From positions 1 to 38,145 of the forward strand of contig DATEOP010000280.1 of NCBI GenBank assembly GCA_035274065.1: DNA of 38,145 nt, given 5' to 3'. Under the pieces are notes generated by a model that saw only the letters and a program-made list of their open reading frames with translations, was not told the origin of the DNA and did not search any database. A program made the position numbers and the translations under genes. Shown piece by piece: positions 1 to 6,266 of the stretch; position 1 is the stretch's first letter, and every line of letters begins with the position of its first letter. The stretch is from Burkholderiaceae bacterium (GTDB lineage: Bacteria > Pseudomonadota > Gammaproteobacteria > Burkholderiales > Burkholderiaceae_F).

Positions 1-1080
1 AACAGCGGGCCGCTGTTGCCATGCTTCAAGGTCTTCGCGTGCCGACGCAACTGTGTCGCGCCACGGCGGCTCTTCGATCGGCACCATCATTGCAAGCCGC
101 GATGCGAATTGCGGCAATCCCGAGTTGATCATCAACTGTGCTTGAAAGACCCGGCCAAGTTCCTCCGCGCCCGCGTGCACATGGATCAGTGTCTGCGCCG
201 GCACCGGTGCGTCAAGCAACGTGTAGCCCGAGGTTGTCATCTCGCCCAGCCGCGGACCAATCGCGAGAATAAGGTCCGCATCTTTGATGCGCTGTGCAAG
301 CTTTGGATTAACACCAACGCCGACGTCGCCGATGTAGTTCGGATGGCGGTTATCGAAAAGATCTTGATACCGAAACGCGCACGCAACCGGCAGATAGTTT
401 GCTTCGGCGAAACGTTTGAAGTTATCGCATGCCGCAGGTGTCCAGCCGAAGCCGCCAAGGATCACGACCGGCCGTTGCGCGCGACCAAGAAGCCGCCGCA
501 GGGCGGCAATCTGGGTATCGCTCGGCGCCCCCAGCACGGGTTGATGGCATAGCGCATCGCCCACGTCAGCCTTGGTCGACAACATATCTTCAGGCAGCGC
601 GAGCACGACTGGCCCGGCACGACCGCTCGTTGCCACCTGGAACGCGCGTGCGACGAACTCCGGAACGCGATCGGCACGATCGATCTGCGCCACCCATTTG
701 GTCATCTGCCCAAACATGCGGCGATAGTCGATCTCCTGAAAAGCTTCCCGTTCGACAAAGTCGTTTCCGACCTGGCCGATAAACAGAATCAGTGGCGAAG
801 AATCCTGGTGTGCAACATGTACGCCGATCGCAGCGTTGGTTGCTCCGGGGCCTCGCGTGACGAAGGCAACGCCGGGCTGACCGGTGAGCTTCGCGTACCC
901 TTCTGCCATGAACGTAGCGCCCGACTCGTGCCGATTGACAATCAGCTTGAGCATTTCGCGCGAGTCGTACAGCGCGTCGAGTACTGGCAGAAAACTTTCT
1001 CCAGGTACGGTGAAGGCATGGTTGACGCCCTGGATCAGCAGTTGATCGACGAGCAGACGAGCGCCGGTGCGGGCAGACAT
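1..1080 (-). CDS. Thiamine-pyrophosphate-binding enzyme, acetolactate-synthase-like. First 360 codons only; the C-terminus lies beyond the window edge.
   Basis: My own minus-strand translation from the ATG at 1080-1078 gives MSARTGARLLVDQLLIQGVNHAFTVPGESFLPVLDALYDS...GATFMAEGYAKLTGQPGVAFVTRGPGATNAAIGVHVAHQDSSPLILFIGQV, a typical TPP-enzyme N-terminal domain. The frame stays open to position 1. It is absent from the ORF track because there is no stop inside the window. The + ORFs 16..552, 429..782 and 808..1095 are antisense artefacts. Confidence 0.85.
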   Translation of the reverse strand, partial: MSARTGARLLVDQLLIQGVNHAFTVPGESFLPVLDALYDSREMLKLIVNRHESGATFMAEGYAKLTGQPGVAFVTRGPGATNAAIGVHVAHQDSSPLILFIGQVGNDFVEREAFQEIDYRRMFGQMTKWVAQIDRADRVPEFVARAFQVATSGRAGPVVLALPEDMLSTKADVGDALCHQPVLGAPSDTQIAALRRLLGRAQRPVVILGGFGWTPAACDNFKRFAEANYLPVACAFRYQDLFDNRHPNYIGDVGVGVNPKLAQRIKDADLILAIGPRLGEMTTSGYTLLDAPVPAQTLIHVHAGAEELGRVFQAQLMINSGLPQFASRLAMMVPIEEPPWRDTVASAREDLEAWQQRPAV

Positions 1081-1134
1081 GGGGCCGGAGTGTAAGGTTT
1101 AGTCTGCCCTGAGGTCATATTTGAAGGAGCCGCC

Positions 1135-1431
1135 ATGAGCGCATCGAACGCGCGCCGCGTCGACCTAGACGAGGTGGCGCAGCTTGTCGATCAACTCGAG
1201 CGCGACCTGGCAAAGGCGCGCGCGGGTGGCGCGAGTGTCGATACGCTGCGCGCCGAGGTCGAACAACTGCGCGTGGCGCTTAACGCAGCCGAGCCGTCGC
1301 ACTCGGAAGTGCAGGTGAGCCTGCACAGCGTTCGAACGAGACTCGATGAGCTTGGAGACGATTTGAAAGCAGGAGCACTAACCGGCTCCGACTATCTGAC
1401 GCGCATCGGCCGCCTGCTCGGATTGGGCTAG
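1135..1431 (+). CDS. Small coiled-coil protein of unknown function (possibly DUF4404-like)
   Basis: 98-aa ORF with a good Shine-Dalgarno (GAAGGAG 6 nt upstream of the ATG). The composition is helical and heptad-like (LVDQLERDLAKARAG...LRAEVEQLRVAL). The family assignment is from memory only. Confidence 0.6.
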   Translation: MSASNARRVDLDEVAQLVDQLERDLAKARAGGASVDTLRAEVEQLRVALNAAEPSHSEVQVSLHSVRTRLDELGDDLKAGALTGSDYLTRIGRLLGLG

Positions 1432-1447
1432 CGTTCGGTAGAACGCT
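1430..1447 (+). terminator. 7-bp hairpin (AGCGTTC-GGTA-GAACGCT) overlapping the stop codon of the 98-aa gene; no U-tract
   Basis: Inverted repeat read directly from the sequence. It lies between convergent genes. The lack of a T-run makes intrinsic termination uncertain. Confidence 0.3.
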
Positions 1448-1489
1448 CGGTTCCAGGTGCCGCGCTATTCATTGATCAGCGGGCGCTGA

Positions 1490-1708
1490 CTAGCAGCCGC
1501 CCCTCTTGACCTTTTTCTTGCCTTCGTCTTTTTTTGCAGCGGCTTTCTCAGTGTGTTCGCTCTTTTCTCTTTCCGACTTATCGGTCTTCTGGACGTCGGG
1601 CTTTTTCGATTCATCCTTGGTCGGTTCGGACTTCTTATCCTGAGCGAAGGCCGGTTCGCCGGCGAATGCGACCGCGCACATGATCAGCGCGGCAAAAAGT
1701 GTTTTCAT
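1490..1708 (-). CDS. Small secreted Lys/Glu/Asp-rich protein with a Sec signal peptide
   Basis: MKTLFAALIMCAVAFAGEPAFA-QDKK... is a classic signal peptide with an AxA cleavage site. The mature part is about 50 aa, highly charged and low-complexity, ending in GGC. I chose the ATG at 1708 over the upstream TTG at 1738. There is no clear SD. Confidence 0.5.
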   Translation of the reverse strand: MKTLFAALIMCAVAFAGEPAFAQDKKSEPTKDESKKPDVQKTDKSEREKSEHTEKAAAKKDEGKKKVKRGGC

Positions 1709-2036
1709 TCGGAGTTGCCCGGTGAGATGACCGCGCAAGTGTAGGTCGCTCGGGCGGGGGCTTTGCTACCAATGCTTATAAGTTAAGCATCCTGTGAGTG
1801 GTGTGGTGCCCAAGGAAGGGGCCGCTCGGCGGGGATCAGGACAACCGCCCTCCCTGGGTCCACGTTCAGACTTTCGGCCGATGCAACCGCTAACTTGAGG
1901 CGCCAACCGCTATTTATCGAATCGGTTCTAGCGCCTGAATTGACGTGCCAGCGGACGTTTACTCGGCACGCCCGAGCGGAAAAATCTCCCGCAAACTTGG
2001 GAGTCATCACTGATTCGCGATGTCCGCGCCTGAGCT

Positions 2037-2840
2037 ATGAACATGACCGAGCCCGTTACAACGGTGGTTGACGAGTCGTCCCCGCTGACCGTGCCGACGC
2101 TGGTCGAACCTCTTACGGTTCCATCGTCGGCACCGATGCCGTCGACGGCTGCTTCCGCGCTGGCGCAATCAGCGCGCCGCCCGGCTGTACGCGAGCTCGC
2201 GAGCTGGCGAGTTCTTAGGATGTGGGCCAATGGCGATACGCTCGCTGACGCTGTCACGGTCAAGCTAATCGGCGTTCATGAAGGCCATTCGATCGTTGTC
2301 ACCGTGCCTGAGGGCGATTCACTAGTGCTCAAGGAAGGCGCGATGTACCGGTTCCGCAGCTTCTCGGGTGAAACGATTTATGAATTCATAGCGCCGCTGG
2401 TCAAGACCTGCAGTGAGCCGTTCGAGTACTTGCATATTGGTTGGCCGCAGCAACAGCATGTCGAGAAGCGTGAGCTGCGTGCGGCTCCGCGTGTCAAGAC
2501 AGAACTGCCATGCCTTGTTTACCCGGGTACGCAGGCGTCGGGACGCTTCGTCAAAGGATCGATCAGCGATCTATCCACGGGAGGTGCGGCGATCGCATTG
2601 CACGATGATCTCAGCGTGTTCTACGACGAAGTCAAGGTTGTATTTCAGCTGGCTGTCGCCGAGCTGGATATGATGATCGAGGCGCGTGCGCGTCCGGTTC
2701 GCAAACCCGACGAGACCGGCGAACGCTTAATGGGCGTGTCGTTCGTCGCGCTTAGCCAGGTGGAGAAACTTGCGGTGCACGCGTACGTCACTGCGCAACT
2801 TGTACGTGAGCTGGAGGTGCCGTTGTACGCGCGCCCCTAA
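2037..2840 (+). CDS. PilZ-domain c-di-GMP receptor, YcgR/FlgZ-like, with a Pro/Ser/Thr-rich N-terminal extension
   Basis: PilZ signature RxxxR (RELRAAPR) followed by D-x-S-x-x-G (DLSTGGAAI), preceded by a beta-rich YcgR-N-like domain. It converges on flhC. The exact start is uncertain (ATG at 2037 or 2043; the first ~75 aa are low-complexity). Confidence 0.8.
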   Translation: MNMTEPVTTVVDESSPLTVPTLVEPLTVPSSAPMPSTAASALAQSARRPAVRELASWRVLRMWANGDTLADAVTVKLIGVHEGHSIVVTVPEGDSLVLKEGAMYRFRSFSGETIYEFIAPLVKTCSEPFEYLHIGWPQQQHVEKRELRAAPRVKTELPCLVYPGTQASGRFVKGSISDLSTGGAAIALHDDLSVFYDEVKVVFQLAVAELDMMIEARARPVRKPDETGERLMGVSFVALSQVEKLAVHAYVTAQLVRELEVPLYARP

Positions 2841-2855
2841 CATCTGAATCAAGTA

Positions 2856-2888
2856 CAAAAAAGCCCGCGTCGAGCGGGCTTTTTGTTT
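2856..2888. terminator. Bidirectional intrinsic terminator between the PilZ gene and flhC
   Basis: AAAAAAGCCCGC-GTCGA-GCGGGCTTTTTGTTT: a GC-rich stem flanked by an A-run and a T-run, so it can work on both strands. Confidence 0.8.
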
Positions 2889-2902
2889 GCGGCGGCGTTT
2901 GC

Positions 2903-3451
2903 TTAGTGCAAAACCTCCTGCGCACCATTTTGGACGTGCGCCTTGCCTTTACCCGCACGTGCCGGGGGCTCGCACAATCCGCAGACATAGTTTTTCGTCA
3001 GCTCAAACGTGTGCGTGACGAACTTGCCGTTGCACTTGCAGCAGGACGTCAGCGTCACCATACCAGCATCGACGAACTTCACCAGACGCCACGCACGCGT
3101 TACGGACAATAGCGGCTCGAGTCCCTGTGCACGGATCTGCTCCAAATAGAGCTCATACGCCTTGATGATGCCGTCAATCTCTTCCAGCTCGCTCGTCTTG
3201 TCCAGATACTCGTACATGTTCAGAAACAACGACGAGTGAATGTTCGGCTGCCAAGTCATGAACCAGTCGGTCGAAAATGGCAGCATCCCTCGTGCCGGCG
3301 ATTCCCCTTGAACCTCTTTGTACAAGCGCAACAGGCGCTCGTACGACAGATCGGTTTCCGATTCCAGTACCTGCAAACGCGCGCCCAGCTTGATCAGCGC
3401 GATTGCGCGCTGGATCTGCTTGCTCTCGGAGACGATGCTCTTGATACGCAT
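2903..3451 (-). CDS. flhC: Flagellar master regulator subunit FlhC
   Basis: 182 aa. SIVSESKQIQRAIALIKLGARLQVLESETDLSYERLLRLYKEV is the conserved FlhC N-terminus. The four zinc-binding Cys are present (CCKC...CGLC). SD GAGGGA lies upstream. Confidence 0.95.
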   Translation of the reverse strand: MRIKSIVSESKQIQRAIALIKLGARLQVLESETDLSYERLLRLYKEVQGESPARGMLPFSTDWFMTWQPNIHSSLFLNMYEYLDKTSELEEIDGIIKAYELYLEQIRAQGLEPLLSVTRAWRLVKFVDAGMVTLTSCCKCNGKFVTHTFELTKNYVCGLCEPPARAGKGKAHVQNGAQEVLH

Positions 3452-3479
3452 GTTGATTCCCTCTGCGGCGATTTCGTAG

Positions 3480-3830
3480 TTACGCGGTCACGTTGGCCAA
3501 TTGCCCGGCCATCACGATGTTGGCATGCAGACCAGCCACTGCCGCACCGGTTGCGCTCGACTTCGGCTTCGAATGGCTGGTCAAAAGATTCCAGACCATA
3601 TCGTCGTCGAATCGAAATCGCAGGATCAACTGGTTGGACCCCGCAATCTTCATCAACTGCGCAGGGCTCAACTGGTCAATGATCGTCGCAACTTCTTCAG
3701 AAACGCCCAAGCGGTACAGCGCCTGCGCCTTATCGGCACGGATCATGTGCTGCGCCAGAACTAGGTAAGCCAAGTTGGCTTCGCGGATTTCTTGCAGAAG
3801 TTGTTCGTTGCTGGCTGCGATGGTGCTCAT
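3480..3830 (-). CDS. flhD: Flagellar master regulator subunit FlhD
   Basis: 116 aa. LLQEIREANLAYLVLAQHMIRADKAQALYRLGVSEEVATIIDQLSPAQLMKIAGSNQLILRFRFDD is typical of FlhD. It sits directly upstream of flhC. SD AGGAGC. Confidence 0.95.
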   Translation of the reverse strand: MSTIAASNEQLLQEIREANLAYLVLAQHMIRADKAQALYRLGVSEEVATIIDQLSPAQLMKIAGSNQLILRFRFDDDMVWNLLTSHSKPKSSATGAAVAGLHANIVMAGQLANVTA

Positions 3831-4011
3831 CTAGTTGCTCCTGGTTCGCGGTTGAGTCGGTGTTGGGGTGGTTCGATTCGTTGCTTTCGAAGTGACGCCA
3901 TTGTGGGAAACCAGCTCAATTCGTTGAATCAGCGTGCAGCTACGAACGCTGTCGGCATGCCGCTCGTCTGCTCGTAAGGCTTTTTCCTACAGACCACGCA
4001 TCGCAATTAAT

Positions 4012-4038
4012 TTAAGTCCACTGCCCGTGTGCCGTTAA
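4012..4038 (+). promoter_or_regulatory. Candidate sigma-28 (FliA) type promoter: TTAAGTCC-N11-GCCGTTAA
   Basis: Compared by eye with the enteric consensus TAAAGTTT-N11-GCCGATAA: 5/8 and 7/8 matches with correct 11-nt spacing. It points toward the leader and fliT-ycgR. A match of this quality is expected roughly once by chance in a window this size, so support comes mainly from its position. Confidence 0.35.
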
Positions 4039-4142
4039 CGAAGTGTGCGAGGCCCGCGTGCCGCAGTCACGTCGATGGACGTACAGATGGCAAAAGTGCT
4101 TCGCGCTGTTGTGATGTGGATTTGGTTTCCTCCCCCGCCTTC

Positions 4143-4171
4143 GCGCCGGTCTATGACCGGCGCTTTTTTTT
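4143..4171 (+). terminator. Orphan intrinsic terminator on the + strand in the flhD / fliT intergenic region
   Basis: 8-bp GC-rich stem GCGCCGGT / ACCGGCGC with loop CTATG, followed by T8. It is + strand specific, since the upstream flank is not A-rich. No + strand gene precedes it (flhDC are on the minus strand). Confidence 0.75.
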
Positions 4172-4308
4172 GACGAAAAGCGCTTGGAACGGCCCTCCAA
4201 TCGGACGATGGCGCATACCCCGTCATCGGTACAGTGAACGAGCTCCAAACTGAATCAGCACTGACGGGGAACGGCACGATGCCGAACGAATTTTGCGAGG
4301 TGGCCGAA

Positions 4309-4662
4309 ATGATCGAACCGGCCTCATCGACGACGGCAGCCGAGCCTTCGCGCTCGAGCTTGCTGCAGCATTACGAGGCGATCGCACAGTCGAGTTGCGC
4401 AATGCTGGCAGCAGCGCGCGCGGGAGACTGGATCGAAGTGGAGCGCCAGGAAGAGCGCTGCGGTGCGTTAATTGCGATCTTGAAGGCGTCGGATGAGCCA
4501 TGCAGCTCGCTTAACGCCGCCGACGATCAGCGCCGAATGCTTCTGTTGCGCCAGATCCTTGCCGACGATGCCGGCGTCAGAGCGCAGGCCGAGCCTTGGC
4601 TCGAGCCGATCGTCCCACTGATTTCAACGTCACGCTTGAAGTTGAATAACGGATCCGAATGA
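4309..4662 (+). CDS. fliT: FliT-like flagellar export chaperone / anti-FlhDC factor
   Basis: LLQHYEAIAQSSCAMLAAARAGDWIEVERQEERCGALIAIL aligns by eye with Salmonella FliT ([34 protein letters not shown]). I chose the ATG at 4309 because of the strong SD GAGGTGG 7 nt upstream; the ORF track starts at a GTG at 4234. The stop overlaps the ycgR start (ATGA). Confidence 0.65.
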   Translation: MIEPASSTTAAEPSRSSLLQHYEAIAQSSCAMLAAARAGDWIEVERQEERCGALIAILKASDEPCSSLNAADDQRRMLLLRQILADDAGVRAQAEPWLEPIVPLISTSRLKLNNGSE

Positions 4663-5432
4663 GCTTGACGACACCATTTCCCGAACCCGATTCACCTGAG
4701 CTCGAGCGCTTCGCGATCTACTCGCGCAGCGAGATCGCTGGGTTGTTGCGCCAGCTGCGCGACAAACAAGTATTAGTCACGTTGTATTACGACCAGGCCG
4801 CCGGCTTCACGGTCAGCAACGTTCTCGAGGTGAACGAGGGCTTTGAAGAGCTCATCCTGGATCGTACGTCTGATGCCGCTGTACAGAAAGCGATCTACGC
4901 ATCGAAGCAGTTGGTCGTTGTAGCGTTTCTCGATAACGTCAAGCTTCAGTTTTCTGTCGGCAGCGCTGAAGCGGTCGAGCATCAGGGGCGTCCGGCCTTT
5001 CGCGTTCGGTTGCCGCAACAGCTGTTACGAATGCAGCGACGCGGTGCCTACCGCAGACAGCCACCCGCGGTCCGGCCGGCAACGTGTCTGGTGCCGTCTC
5101 CAGGAAAAAAAGGGCAATACGAATCGGTGCGCGTGCTGGACCTGAGTGTCGGTGGTTTGGCGTTGTTTGTGCACCCAATTCAGTTCTCGTTGCCGGCCGA
5201 ACACACACTCGAAAACTGCTACCTCGATCTGCCTGACATCGGGCAAATCACGGTCACATTGCGCGTACGTTATGTCGACGATATTCAGGCGTCGAATGAC
5301 GGCGTGCGCCGCTGCGGGTGCGAGTTCGTTGATCTAAGCGAGACGGCCGCGCGCATGCTTCAGAGATATATGAACAAGCTAGATGCGGCCGAGCGCTCGA
5401 ACGGGCCACCGCCCTCTGCAGCGGCCGCTTAG
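4659..5432 (+). CDS. ycgR: Flagellar brake protein YcgR (PilZN + PilZ, c-di-GMP binding)
   Basis: 257 aa with a YcgR-type N-domain (FAIYSRSEIAGLLRQLRDKQVLVTLYYD...), then the PilZ motifs QRRGAYRR and DLSVGGLAL. Confidence 0.85.
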   Translation: MSLTTPFPEPDSPELERFAIYSRSEIAGLLRQLRDKQVLVTLYYDQAAGFTVSNVLEVNEGFEELILDRTSDAAVQKAIYASKQLVVVAFLDNVKLQFSVGSAEAVEHQGRPAFRVRLPQQLLRMQRRGAYRRQPPAVRPATCLVPSPGKKGQYESVRVLDLSVGGLALFVHPIQFSLPAEHTLENCYLDLPDIGQITVTLRVRYVDDIQASNDGVRRCGCEFVDLSETAARMLQRYMNKLDAAERSNGPPPSAAAA

Positions 5433-5445
5433 TCCGAAACCCAAA

Positions 5446-5476
5446 TAAAAAAGGCGCCATCGGCGCCTTTTTTATT
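5446..5476. terminator. Bidirectional intrinsic terminator between ycgR and the convergent hypothetical gene
   Basis: AAAAAAGGCGCC-ATC-GGCGCCTTTTTTATTT: a stem flanked by an A-run and a T-run. Confidence 0.75.
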
Positions 5477-5486
5477 TGCAGCGTCT

Positions 5487-5915
5487 CTACTTCGCTGCCG
5501 TGACTGGGTACATGTCACTCCATGTATGTGCGTACCGCTTGCCGGTGCCGATCCAGGCAACGGTACCGACCGACAATGCGGCGGTATACAGCGATGCGAT
5601 CAGCTCGGCAGCGTTGTGGCGGCACGCGATGCGGACCGCGCTAAGCAGATGCAAGTGATTTTCAGCATAACGGCGCTCGACAATGCGCATCTCGCGGCTG
5701 ATCGGCAACAGCGATTCGGGCAAACCGGCCACTCCGCGGCGACCTTCCGCCGCACGTGCGCCGGTGTCTTCGAACCACACGAACAGCTCGGTGGGTGCTT
5801 CCCTAACGGCTGTGTTAGATGCGGGCTCTATTGCTGCGGTATCGGAAGCAGCGGACGCCCCGATGGGTCGGGTCGATATTTCTGCGAGTTGTTTAACGAG
5901 CTGGTTGCGGGTCAT
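5487..5915 (-). CDS. Hypothetical protein (142 aa) embedded among the flagellar regulators
   Basis: The minus-frame ORF shows a GC3-biased codon pattern. I chose the ATG at 5915 because of the SD AAGGA 8 nt upstream; the track's 221-aa version (to 6152) is probably over-extended. I recognise no family. Confidence 0.5.
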   Translation of the reverse strand: MTRNQLVKQLAEISTRPIGASAASDTAAIEPASNTAVREAPTELFVWFEDTGARAAEGRRGVAGLPESLLPISREMRIVERRYAENHLHLLSAVRIACRHNAAELIASLYTAALSVGTVAWIGTGKRYAHTWSDMYPVTAAK

Positions 5916-6266
5916 CGGTGCATCCTTTAGTCGCATCGTTGTGACGCGCATTTGCGTCATGATGAGATCAAGATCGACCCGGCACAGCGCTTCTTTAAAA
6001 CCGCACTTTGAGTGAAACGTGGCTGATGAGTCGGGATAGGCCGCGATCACCCCGCTTTCTTCGCTCGCTTGTTGGGCGCGATGCGATGCCGGCCGTGTGG
6101 ACGCTCTTTCGCGGCTTGACTGCACTCGACTTTGGTGAGTGCAGTCACACACTTCTCCGTTGCCTTACACCCTCTGTAAGCAGACGTCCGATGCCGCCAG
6201 ATGTCCAGCTTTTCGCCCACCTATCGGCGTTTAGCGACACCTGGCCGCCCCCTAAAGTTTGGCCAT

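Noticed and set aside
1877-1884. GCCGATGC upstream of the PilZ gene, considered as a sigma-28 -10 element.
   Set aside because: The corresponding -35 position reads GTCCACGT, which does not resemble TAAAGTTT.
3868-3890. A tRNA T-loop-like GGTTCGATTCG upstream of flhD.
   Set aside because: The flanking bases do not form a T-stem, and no acceptor or anticodon arms can be drawn. It is not a tRNA.
4040-4175. The possibility that the leader before fliT-ycgR is a c-di-GMP riboswitch (GEMM-I/II).
   Set aside because: I could not find the conserved GEMM features by eye, such as the GNRA tetraloop and receptor arrangement or the ACGCAAAGC-type core. The idea is kept only as something an Rfam scan could re-test.
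6254-6261. An exact TAAAGTTT (the sigma-28 -35 consensus) just upstream of the fliA ATG at 6267.
   Set aside because: No GCCGATAA-like -10 element follows at 11-12 nt (the sequence there is GAACGACG), and it would lie inside the coding region. It is most likely a coincidence.
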